Shown here one piece after another: positions 52,678-64,000 of a stretch of 64,000 bases of DNA; position 1 is the stretch's first letter; each line of letters starts with the position of its first letter. The stretch spans positions 23,436,001-23,500,000 of the forward strand of contig CM060733.1 of the NCBI GenBank assembly GCA_030704615.1. The letters run 5' to 3'. The DNA comes from Takakia lepidozioides. Lineage: Eukaryota; Plantae; Bryophyta. A program made the translations under genes and the position numbers. The notes beneath the pieces were generated by a model, which saw only the letters and a program-made list of their open reading frames with translations, was not told the DNA's origin and searched no databases.

Positions 52678-53730
52678 GTGGAATTCTCGGAAAGCTCTGA
52701 TGAGGACATTTCGGAGATTTCTCCACCTCCTAACCCCTGTGCTTATGTGGACCAAGATGTTCATGAGATTGCCAGTGTCATTCCAAAGTTGCAGTCTCTA
52801 AAAGGCTTGCCTAATAGCAGGAGTGATGTGCATGGTATTACGTGGGGGACCATTCGAATTCAAAGAGGAAAATGCCTGCCGGCGGAGTTCGATGGTGATG
52901 TCCTTTTCGAGTTACCCCCTCCAACCTCGTGTGGTGGTTTGGCTGGTTTGATGCAGGGTATGGACAAGAAACACGATGGACACCCTTAGTGCAGGACGAA
53001 AACTACCAACATACACAATCCTTATGGTTTGAAGTTTCGGAGATCAGTTTGCGTGGGGCATCTGAGATGTACAAATGCACATTGCAATGGCCTGAGATTG
53101 AGTGGTTCCGCAAATGAAACAGAGTGGGAGGGCTATGCAGATAATCCATTCGGAGTGGGCTGTGCCCCTCCCAGTAACACTTCATTCATCTGCAGGTTCT
53201 ACAAATTGGTCCCAACATGCATTGCCTTATGCAAGGCTCGCATGTACTACGTGCTTCATCGTTGCCCCACCCTTTCTCAAGCTTGTATACATTTCGGGTA
53301 TCACGATCATCCGGTGTGCAAAGGAGATTGCAGAGACAGTATAGAAACCGTCCAAGGACTCCTGCAGCAGGAAGTCCACAATGCTCCGAATGCTTCGCCT
53401 TCAGCCATCGCCTTTGCAGCAAACAATACGTTCTTGCAAAGATATATTCTTGGGGAACCAGATGTCACCTCATCGAAGCTGGACTCCTCAAACCTAGAGG
53501 CTGTGATGGATCATTTCTCAACTGTAAGCAGTCCCAATGTCCGGAACCACATCAACGCACTGCGAATGGGCCCAGGGAACAGAGGTTCTGTTGATAGCAT
53601 TCTGGACTTGAAGCGTAGAAGCAAATATGACTTCATTCAGGATAGTGTCTTCCCAGGCTAGGGATCCATGACAGTGTACTTGTTCAAAATGTTGACGGTG
53701 GGGGAAGGTAGTGGGGTTAGCTTGGTCCAC
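52678..53730 (+). pseudogene. Second, diverged partial copy of the MULE transposase (zinc-finger region)
   Basis: Aligns by eye with 39320-40360 (GMDKKHDGHP, FRRSVCVGH, HDHPVCKGDC, YLFKM); truncated near 53730. Confidence 0.85.
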
Positions 53731-55531
53731 CCTATCTTTAGGTAATATTGTAAAACCCTTTGTTTCTTAATACCATATTTTTTTTAATAATTTGTTTTTG
53801 CAACAATTAATTAGACCCTATTTTAAATTATATTTTTTAAATAATTGCAAAATCTCAAAGCATGTACACAAACAACATTCCACACATAAGTCAAATGTCG
53901 GATCCAAAGAAAAGTTTAATTTTCATTAGCCACGAACTCATTGGATCTAAAGAGTACAAATTCTGAGATGTCATAGTCACTGTTGAGATTATGGTCTCAA
54001 CATCAATCCACTGTGTATTAGTGGAATCATATTTGAACTTCAGGTGACCTCCACCTTTAGAGAACCAATTCAAAAACACCATAATGGAAGGACCTCCAGA
54101 TTTGGGTAGAGCAGGCTTATTCATTAAATCAAAATGCTGACTTGATATTCCCCGTTTAGAGCCAACTTTCCTTCGAATCTTTTGTACTCTGGATGAAATA
54201 TGAGGGATGGATACATTATATTATAGATAAAACCCTTTATTACATTAACTTTTTAAGTAAAACTCTAGACTTTTTGTGACCCTTTTTAAAAAAAATTGGG
54301 TGAAATGATATTGCCCTACTGTATTTTTGAAGTAAAACTTTTCTAAAATTTACCTCAAAAGAATAAACTGCACCCTATATTTGTTCTCACGTGGTTTTGA
54401 AAATATGGGGAGTGACCCCCCCCCAAGGGGAGGAACGACCATCTAGATCTTTGGAAGGCAAGTGGAACAACATCAAGCATGATAATTTTGTAGGTGTTTA
54501 TGATCAACTTGTCGCGAGCGGCATTGGCCCGGAGGGTGCACAAATGTACTAACTTAGTAAGTGGTAACCCTGAGTGTAAGCCTCCATTGCCTTATTAGTG
54601 GTTATTGTTACCACCTACTGCAGTGAATATGGGGCTCTGACCTCTCTTAGAACATCCCCGCCGTGGAAACAACAAAATACCTTATCGGTGAGAAAAACCA
54701 CAAAAACGGAGCCCCACTAGGGCACACTAAAGCTATTTAGTGGCCTCTGGCCCCAAGAAAAATAACACAAACATGAACCATAGCTATATTAATTAATGGC
54801 TGAGCTGAATGAAACCCCCAATTATTTCTGAAGGTCGAAAAAAAAGGCAAAGCAATGGATCGGCCAATGGGGAGGGAGGCAAGTGGGCGTTGGAATGGCT
54901 GATATGTGAGGGGGTGGGCCTCCATATGGAGCTTTCCATAGAAGTAGGACAAGACAGTGGGGCCACCTTCTAGAAGGCTCCACCACTTTAAGAGTATAAA
55001 AAGGAGGGGGAGGGCAAGCTAGTCCTATACTAAAGTATAAGTTAATATAAAGTATCATTTCAGTTACCATGAAATGATACTTTACTCAGGAAGCTCAAAG
55101 AGGCTATGGGACCAAAGGAGGATACAAGAAAGTGAGTGGAGTAAGAAATTGGGGCCCAACAAAGAAACACCACAATTGCTTGATTGCTCATGGCAGCTGT
55201 TTGCGAGAGATGGACGGAAAAACGATTAACTTCACAGCTTTGAATGGTTGATAGCCTCATAACTTTATAGAAATGTGTTGCATATCCTCGAAGTCTTGCA
55301 CACTGCCATGTTGGTAGGACGGGTAGACCAAGTGACTCCTAAATTTTCTACAACTCTTGCAGACTTACATCTTCTTTCCTATCCATGACAGTCTCTCTGA
55401 TAAGCCTTGAGACATGTATTTCTAGGTTAAATTCTCCGGATAAGACTATCATTTGAGTAACATATGGGAAGTAAGTCAGCTGAAAGTAGTTAGTGTTCAG
55501 CAGATTTCTGTACATATTTATACAAGGGATC

Positions 55532-58500
55532 CTAGATAGTCTGGGGTGGTTGAGCAGGCATATGGTAATTGGCCTCAAGCTTCCTGTTTCTCAGTTCCAT
55601 CTTCTTGTAGCTCTTTTCAAGTTCCATGTACTGTCGTTGCATCTCCTTGCTGCAGTTCTCCAGCTCGTCATTATCTGCCTTGAGTTGCTTCAAATAGATA
55701 ATTGCGTTTCCCAAGATCGAGGCCTTGTCTCCCTGCCAGAGTGACATACCATAAGTTTTAGTATACGAGAATTCATCCACCATTGTCCAACATAGGGTCT
55801 TCAGAGCGTCTGGCAATAGACCCGCTCAGTGGTGATGCTAAAGTTGACCAGTTTTCCGGTTGTCCTTTGGAAAATATGGCCATGGTTTACTTGGGCATTA
55901 TGAACTCAAGAGTGCAAGATAAAAGAATGTCGGTGTCTAGAATTCAGCATGTTGGTTTGCATGACAGACAAGATATGCACTGTACACACTGTATTGAGTT
56001 GTACGACAGTTATGTAGCTGGAGGAAGACCACAAATGCTTGGCAGCTTGCATTCACAAACAATTTCGAAAGTTTCTATCTTTCTTTCTGTTTTCAAAATC
56101 GGGTAATGAGATAAAACGGAAAGCCCAACTTTCATTTTCACACAGGAAATGAGTGGTTCATAGAAATGATGTAGGTACCTTCGATATAACTGGCAGCAGC
56201 TTTTTCAAAGTATTTAAGTTATCCCTTTGCTTGCATCTACGGCGGCGCTCAGCCATCATGTGGTTAACAGCTGCTGCATCATGTCCAGCCATTGCACTAC
56301 CAGGAGCACCAGTGAGGGTGTTGCGGCCTGCTCTAGGTGTACCCGGCGATTTGGTCCGCAACATCGGTGTGGGAACCTGTGAGCCTGGTTCTCGCTGGGG
56401 GTCACTGCCTGTCACCTGCTCGGGATATGCGATTTCAGTCTGTTGTTGGGAAATGATGTCAGCCTGCTTCTGGACTGCACCATTACTCTGAGCTGACATC
56501 TGAGGAATTTGCGCCATCATTTGCAAGCATCGTCTCAGCACCAACTGATTTGCATAGCTTGTTTTCTGCATCGGTGCCACAACACGATGCCTCCATGATT
56601 TAAATGGAGATTGTGAGCTGCTGTTCAAATCAAGACCTTGCTTAGTAGACCCTTCATTGCTGGAGCTCCCACTGACATAAGCCTCAGACTCTGGGACCAC
56701 CCACTGGTGGTGACGAGAAACTGTTGGGTATACTCTGCAATCCTCGTCAATGTCAGTGCGTTCAGGATTGGCGCCCGATAGCATGAGGCTCAAAGCTCTC
56801 TGTATGTCATCGCCGTCGGCATCTGGTGAGTTCCGTAGGTGGTGCAGGGAAGTAAGAGATTTGGAGCTGGATTGTGGGCTTGGCGATCTGAGCACATCAA
56901 GCCTGCGTAAGTGGGTGGGTCACAAGATTACATAGAGTAATCATATTCTCACCTTTTGCTAGGATCTGAAATTCAAGCAGCTCTAGTGAGAAATAACTTG
57001 AATCTTCCCTCAGAACTCGGAAGACGGAATCTTTGCCAGTGAACAAGATGTCCCGAGATTCTAAAGAGCCCTGAGAAAAGCCTTCGATCGTATGTCCTAA
57101 TTTCATATTTCAGAAGGCTAGAAGTGGTTTAAGATTTTTACCTTGGTGATGAGCTTATGTTTGAAGGTGAGGATTGCCGAGGGCTAGCCACCGTAAGAGA
57201 TACAGGATGCTCGGGTGAGGGAGAAAAACTCTTTGGAGAGGCACAGGCATCCTCCTGCTCATGGCCGCCCAGGCTTGAAGAAGGGGTGTCTGAGGTCGAC
57301 CTGTACTGGGAGCTCATTGTTGAGGAATCTTGCAAGCTCTGGGTTTGAAGGTTAGACCGTGGCATTCTCCAATCTCTGGCCAGCATATCAGTGTCCATAG
57401 CTGCTAATCCCTTGGAGATCTCTTGGCTTGGTCGCTCAGATTGTTGCAAGAACATATCACCATGTCTCAAGTTTGGTATGCCACTCGTTGACCTACACCA
57501 GAGAACAATCATATTAGTAATTCTACTGGTGGTATTGGATCTTCTCTATGGTCTGTTAAGAGCAATCAGGCTTTTGATGAGATGTGTGATGGTTGAAATT
57601 TTACCTCAATATGTGCTGGGGGTTGACGAGATAGTTCAATTCAAATGGCTGGTTCACATCCTCTGCAATGCCAGAGCCTTTTGTTCTTAGTGATTGGTGG
57701 AAAGCTGGGGGCAACATGGTGATTTCTGCATTCGAAGATTGCCTGAAAGTTGGAGGCAGCGTAACCTCTGCCCGCAAAGAGAACTGGGGTGCCATCATGC
57801 CCTGCGAAGTTGCTGCTTGAGACCCCGTCAGGGGTGCAGTGTTGGGTGATTCCAGCGGCGTGGTGGTCATGAGCTCATTTGACAGAAAACTATGGATCTG
57901 ATGCACAAGCAGCAAATTTTTCTCTTCCTGCCACCATTAACATTGCAATCACATGGACAACGATCAGACTCCACCAATTAGGGTGCGTGTCCAAAGAGCA
58001 AGTGACACAATGAATCCACCAAGCCTGGTTTAGAGGGAAAAATGTGTTTAAGAGTAGTTTTGTCGTAGTCAATGCAGAATAACATGGGGTGAGCTAAGCG
58101 AGCATCACTCGCAAGACAGGGGGTATGATGATTGTGCAATTTTCCATCCCTCGCAAAGAGCTTAGATAGAGATTATTTTCCTCCTGTTATAACACAGTAA
58201 CACGTTTTCCCTCTGCAAATTCATTCAATATACCAAAACTTCTCTATGTTTTTAAACTCCTGATGTTCCCCTCCACAAGGGAACAAAGGAAGGCAAAGCA
58301 GGGGACTTACGAAGTTGATGGTGCCAAGCTCCAGCACGCTGTCAAACCATGGTATACACAGCAATGTCTGTTCCCACATACCATTAGTTGATTTCCATGT
58401 CAGAAACATTTCGACCCTCAACCCAAAGTGGCAGTTTGCCCCTTCATTATATGCCCACTTCAGCAGCAACCACTTCTGTATTGAAATCATTTCAAACCTG

Positions 58501-59825
58501 AGCCTTTTGTACCCTACATTTGGTGTCTTAATGAAATACACTGGGAGCCATATCACAGCATATGCAACTTTAAAAACAGGGGATAGCACAGTGCTATTTA
58601 GACTTGCGTTCATGTGGCAAGGAAGCAACAAAGATAATCCTGGACACAGAGCTTGTTAAGAGAAGTGATCCTGTAGTCTTGACATGTAGATGCACACCTC
58701 AATGCCTGCAGACTTCACAAACTCTATCTGCTCCCTGGCTATGCCACATTGCAAGGCATTTTTCCCACACAGCCAAATGTGTCTTCCCTCGGAGTGGGCA
58801 AAGCCTACACATCTGCAGCCAGGGACAAAACAAAGCTATCAGTTCTCTCCCCATTGACTCTTTCAAAGAGCCCTGAGTTTAGAAATAAAATTGATGATGT
58901 GGATCACAAACCTGGACATCGTTTTACTACCAAAAGTGGGAATCACAAAACTAGAGATTCTCTTGGTACCAAAAAGTGGGAGTCTTCTTAGAGGACAACT
59001 CCAACGCACCTTTGCGCAATGTGTCACTAGAGAAGCCCCTTAGCGAAAGGGTCATTGGTCAACAGTACATTCTTCTTATCCAATGAGACTGACATCTTCC
59101 AGCTAACGATATCCAGAGAAGGAACTCCCCAAGGAGGGAAATGGCTTGATGTGTAAAGTTGGCAGAAGAGATCTGCTCTCAACTCAAAAAACAGGGGATT
59201 TGGCACATCAACTCGAAGATTATTACCCTTGATCAATGTCGTGAGCATGGTACACGAATTTGTTTCCAGGTGCCAAATTTAGTGAAATCACTTGGCAGGA
59301 GCTTACCCGAGTCCAGGAGTGAAAGAGCATGACTTGTAGGTGGAGTAGAAAATCTCTGCGTTCCTGACCTCCTTGTCACCTCGTGCCATCCCCACACTCC
59401 CCAAGTAATACCCATCCTTCCACAAAAGTGTCCTGTGGACACAACCCACAAAACAGTCACCAGAGTTACACCCAGGGGCTATAATGCTGGATCCAAGTAG
59501 GACTGTGGTAAGCTCGAAACTACTCCAAGTTAAGGAATTGCCTTAAACATTCTCCAGTAGTGAGCCAGTAGCTGGAAAGTTCAACATGTATTGTCACTGA
59601 AAAGGCTCAAGAATGAGGTCTTACATGTGCAACATTCCTGTGCAATGTGTGTAAAAGAATGTAATTGAGAGCAAGGCCACACCTAGAATGAGGGTGGACC
59701 GTCCAGAGGGCGGCATAGGACCAGCCCAAGGTGTGAAGCAGCGTCCGCAGACGCTGCTGCACATGGCTATAGCTTCCCCTTTGTTCCCCTCCCCTTGAAT
59801 ACCACGAGCCGTCCACATTCTCCAT
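55532..59825 (-). CDS. bHLH transcription factor with MYC-type N-terminal domain (group III-like), multi-exon
   Basis: QQRLRTLLHTLGWSYAALW; CIPWFDSVLELGT; bHLH NHMMAERRRR...LKKLLPVISK spliced to GDKASILGNAIIYLKQLK, followed by a coiled coil. Internal exon boundaries only partly resolved. Confidence 0.88.
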
Positions 59826-60315
59826 CTCAGAACCTATGCCTTATGCGCCGTCTCGCAAGTCTACTGCTAATCCGATACAACGGACGAACTCTGCTCCAGG
59901 AGCTGGAATTTGAAGAAAAGGCAGAAAAGCCTGTATGGTTCTCAATCGACAACTGCACAAACGGTGATAAGAGAAGAGAGCTCACGGTTGAGAGAGACAG
60001 AGACTGACATTCGTGAGGAGCTTTGTACTCGTCAAGTCTGAGCTTCCACAGAGTAAAAGCCCCTTATCTCTCTCTGCTGAACAGGAAAGATGAGGCCAAA
60101 GGGCACGAGGCAGTGCATACTTATACGCGCCTGCATCCCAAAACACCCACGTTTTTGTGTCGGACCCGCGCAGTTGACCGCGGCCCAGCCGCGTCTCTAC
60201 TGTACAGGATGGATGCTGAAAACACTCGCCGAACAAATAGATGAATAAAGATTGACTCTGTGGATGAAAGAGAGAATCTCACTAAGGTTACGTCAGCTGC
60301 CAACAGGTGATAAAG

Positions 60316-60434
60316 CACGTGTGTCTCGTAAGCACGTGCCAGAGTTAACCGGAATCTAGGCGCCAAGCACGCGTCGCATACAGACGCGGTTGTACGTGGC
60401 ACGCGGGCTATTGGATCTCAATTCTGCACGTGGC
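60316..60434. promoter_or_regulatory. G-box/ABRE/N-box cluster upstream of the bHLH gene
   Basis: CACGTG at 60316, 60333 and 60427; TACGTGGC at 60393; CACGCG at 60368 and 60400. Confidence 0.55.
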
Positions 60435-61026
60435 TATTAGGGTAGCTATAGGCAAGTAAAAATAGTTTTATGCATTGTAATACACGTCTGTTGAACGCGA
60501 CTCTGGCTGGTAACTCTTTGGGAACCTTTTGAGAACGAAAAAACTTGAAGGGAACATGGTGGGAAGGAGGGGCCCGGCCTTTCCAGCGTGGGGGTTGTTT
60601 GTCCCACATGCCCTTTCACAAGGTCTGCTGATTTTGAAGCCTTTCTTTCATGTGCTTTCTCATCAGATGTGGAATACTTTGAAGAGTTCTATAAGTAATC
60701 CGAGGAAGAGGTCATGTTGGTGTAGGACTAGAGATTGGGTTGGAGAGAGCTCCGTTGAATGGACCCCAGCACAGAAATTTAATCAGGTCAATGGTCAGTG
60801 GGACATTTGGACCACGTTTTCCTTCTGCCTTGAGAGATTGATTCTATGGAACGGATGATCTCCCCCAATCTGCCCAAGGTTCCGAAAACTAGAAATTGTA
60901 GAGAGAAAGACAAAGTTTGGTGGGTATGTGAACACTCGCCTGCGTGGTTGAATGTGCCATGGATTTCATGCAGGCAGAAAGTGGTTCAATTTGGGAGTTG
61001 GGATCATAGATTCATAGATATCATGA

Positions 61027-62004
61027 GGGCCGATTTACACGAGGGCTCGGGCCCAAGACCAAGCTAGAAACAAGAAATCCTATTGGTCAACAGCCTCAAA
61101 TTGGGCCCAAACGGTTTACACGAGGGTCCGGGCCCAAGACCACAAAAATGACATGGCTACCTACATGGCATGATTTATGGCGCCAAACTCTTGGGCCCAA
61201 CCCAAAAAATATATATATAGACGCCTATCGAAGGGAGCGCAAATTCTGGTGTCTCTTCACCACAAGGGTTATTGCCTTCCAGTTGAAAGGTGGACACTTT
61301 CATGACACACGAGACCGTGGTTTGAACCACAACCACATCCAACGTGGTGGTATGTGCCCATTACCACTGGGCTACTTACTGGTTGTCGCCAGCCCAACAA
61401 AGGGAACGCCCTTGGGATAGAGTCCCAACTCTTTCCCAGTTGGGCCCAAGAAACCTACCATTAAGATATAGTTTTTCAAGCCTATCACAACCATAGGATG
61501 GAAACAGGTCATAGATGGGGTTGATCTATGTACGCAGGTAGACTATAGACTAGAGACTCTCGACAGCCACCTCGCGGCAAGCACTCAACGCAGGTTCTAC
61601 CCATAGAATCATCAGCATCTCTATCTCTTGGACCTCCTCCTTCCATGATGAACACAAACATCATCAACAATCCATCAGATTGCTCGTTTATAAGTTGTTG
61701 CAATGCCAAAATGGTTGTAATCACGTGCTTGTAGGCCATGAAGAGGACCAAGGCCACATGCCTACTTGCTTCCATAGTTTAGGGATACACGATTTGATGG
61801 GAGACAACGTGAGGCATAGAAGACAGATAATGAAAAAAGGGGGAGAGTGGCTGATATTGGTGTAGTTGGGCATTAGGCTTTGGGCCCAATAGGTTTACAT
61901 GAAGAGGGCCCAATCCCTTGAAAATTATATTTTAATCAGTTCATTCAGCCTGAGTGCGGGCCCAAAAGCTCTAGTCTTGGGCCAGGCCCTCATATAACCG
62001 GCCC
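61027..62004. mobile_element. PIF/Harbinger-like non-autonomous element
   Basis: Imperfect TIRs GGGCCG(A/G)TT..GAGGGC..GGCCCAAGAC; flanks TGA and TTA, consistent with a degenerate 3-bp TSD. Confidence 0.5.
61311..61381 (-). other. tRNA-derived (SINE-like) head with Pol III A and B boxes
   Basis: TAGCCCAGTGG and GGTTCAAACC at tRNA-like spacing; no acceptor stem. The same A-box 18-mer occurs at about 35490-35507. Confidence 0.35.
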
Positions 62005-62042
62005 TTAGTTCCGACCAAAAACTTTGAGATCCGCACCTACTC

Positions 62043-63184
62043 TAGTGGGATAGCCGGTTAGGCAGAAATTCATTCGAAAAAAAAGTTCCTAATCCAAATA
62101 AATTATTTTTGGCAAGAGTGCCTAATTTAAAAAATTTATCTTCAAGGAGTGCCTAATGGTATAAAACTTTGAATTTAAAATTTAAAAAAACAAATAGAAA
62201 ATAGAAAAAAAAATCTAAAAATAATATCCAGTTTTGATGCTTGTACTAACTCTAGATAACCTCTATAGGTCCTTACGTTGACTCAACTATCTCATCGTAG
62301 GTTGCCTCGTATCCAAGCTTTCCTTCGGACTATGAATGATCATTGAGATTAGGAAGCTCTTCATCTATAATATGAAGATTTGCCAAACATCTACTCGTGC
62401 TATCAACTACACTGAGATCAAGATAAATGTCCGGGACATCTTCCATAACAAGATCCCTTTCCAAGATATCATTGGAGGTGGTAAACAAGTCGCTTGCAAA
62501 ATTAGCTCTCATAGCCTCTCCCTGAAACATGTGTTCGAATGAACGTAGAATGCCACATTGTTCCCAACATGATACAATTATCTCTGTATGACATCCAACA
62601 TGATACCAAGCCTCCCATAACCAAAGAGCTGCCCACTCACGCATCTTGGATACATGTGTGATCACCTTCACCTCCGTGGCTGGAATACCCGCTTGTAATT
62701 GGCTTTGAATTTCCAAAGCAGACCACTTCTTGAATTGCTCTGCAAATGAACACTTCAAAGGTTGTTGTAATATCACATCAGTAGGTTGTAGCTTGGACGT
62801 GCAATTGGCAGGGATGAATAACGCACATATATTTGGGTGGTTTTCTTGCATGTATGTAGTAAACTCTGTCGACCTATGCACGCTCCAACAATCAATCAAC
62901 CATATCATTTTTTGAGGAGAAGACAATCCCAAGGAGAGGCTGAGTTTTCATTTAAAACGTCATCCATGGACTCAGTTTTCAATTTCATCCATGGCAGCGG
63001 CTGTGTTTTGATATTTTTGTATTTTTATTTTGTGATCATTATTTTAGTTGCCTAATTTGAAAAAATAACACATCCAAGATGCCTAATTTTTTTTTATTTT
63101 TTTATTTTCTCAAAAGTGCCTAACTGCCAAGATTGCCCAAAAATAATTATTACGCAAGCAAGTGCCTAACCGGCTATCCCACTA
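62043..63184. mobile_element. TIR element with a pogo/Tc5-like DDE fragment
   Basis: Perfect 22-bp inverted termini TAGTGGGATAGCCGGTTAGGCA (62043-62064 and 63163-63184); the terminal TA may be the TSD. Confidence 0.8.
62330..62932 (-). pseudogene. DDE_1 (pogo-like) transposase C-terminal fragment
   Basis: LIDCWSVH...FIPANCTSKLQPTDV..QPLK. Confidence 0.8.
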
Positions 63185-63764
63185 CGGTATTTGAGGCAGC
63201 TAGCTGTGCTGCGTTTGCAGCGAGAGGATGGAGGCTGGGCATCCCGGTGTCAATTGCACAGTGGGGGCATCATGCCTACGCACGCATTCTTCAACACAAC
63301 GTCTTAAAGGACGTCAACACGGTCAAAAGAGTGGTATATTTTTTGAGATTTTCTTACGCGCGCACAATGTATGTAGTGACTAGTGACCAGTCCCTCATAC
63401 CATTTTTGGTATCCACTTGTGCATCATCGCGGAAAATAGGAATCTGGACTCTAGAGTGTTAGCGTGAAGATCTACATGTGTCCAGTCAACCTCAAGATCA
63501 AGTGCAGTGGTAAAATATGATGCTAGTAGTGACAACTTGTACATAAATGTTATAAAGGATTCGACACATCTGAACTTGAGGGATTCACTGACCGAGCAAC
63601 TCTATATATATGATATGTTTTTAAACTTTGAAACTATGGCATGATAGGCCAATTTTCGTGCTGAACTTCGTCTGTGTCTCTACTCTTTCATCGAGTCTTC
63701 CTATGTTATATCTCTGATCCTGACAATGACTGGCCTAGATAGCTTACAGGTTATGGGCCCACAG

Positions 63765-63932
63765 GTGTTTGGAGTTGAGAAGTTTGACGGACAAGATTTT
63801 GGTTTGTGGAAGTTCAAAACTGAAGACATTGAAGGCACGAGATCTATGGGGTGTTGTGAGTGGGGAGGAAGTCCTAAATGCACAAGGACCTAGTGCAGAA
63901 CGAACTGCATGGACGAAGAAAGACAACAAAGC
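63765..63932 (+). pseudogene. Ty1/Copia gag N-terminal fragment
   Basis: EKFDGQDFGLWKFK, then after a frameshift LKARDLWGVVSGEE...WTKKDNKA. Confidence 0.65.
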
Positions 63933-64000
63933 TGTCAAGTTATTTCACCACTAATGTGAAACTAGCTAGGAAATAGCTAGCTTTTACATATTGACATTTG
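63933..64000 (+). mobile_element. Start of a third LTR of the DNMT-Gypsy family, inserted into the Copia gag
   Basis: TGTCAAGTTATTTCACCACTAATGTGAAACTAGCTAGGAAATAGCTAGC matches 11324 (+) and 10684 (-). Confidence 0.9.

Noticed and set aside
53891-54124. 77-aa minus-strand ORF in an AT-rich block
   Set aside because: Possibly another TE remnant, but too short and motif-free to call.
61311-61381. Functional tRNA gene
   Set aside because: A and B boxes are present, but there is no pairing acceptor stem or convincing cloverleaf.

Overview
This is nuclear DNA from a land plant, probably a non-seed plant. That call is inferred from gene content: an SD2-type G-lectin receptor kinase and a MYC-N/bHLH factor. 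Most of the window is nested transposons, and two unrelated transposon families here each carry a DNA methyltransferase. (1) A Ty3/Gypsy LTR family has a DNMT3-like C5-cytosine methyltransferase inside pol, between protease and RT. Copies: near-complete at 1-10684 (-), truncated at 11324-15670 (+), and a third LTR start at 63933. (2) A ~14.2-kb Mutator-like (MULE) DNA element at 37057-51283 holds a GCM/WRKY-zinc-finger + DDE + SWIM transposase and a divergently oriented, intron-containing gene. That gene joins a ParB/Srx-like domain to a beta-class amino (N4-C/N6-A) methyltransferase fold. Between the two genes lies a 4.5-kb array of about 35 near-perfect 40-bp palindromes. A diverged, inverted, internally deleted relative sits immediately to the right (51265-53730). 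Also present: a chromodomain-bearing Gypsy element with a 5-bp TSD, a CACTA end, pogo-like and Harbinger-like non-autonomous elements and a Copia gag fragment. The kinase gene has an apparent new intron whose splice sites both come from an 11-bp direct repeat. Nearly all transposon ORFs carry 1-bp indels, which may reflect decay or assembly error. All calls come from motif recognition by eye; no searches were run.
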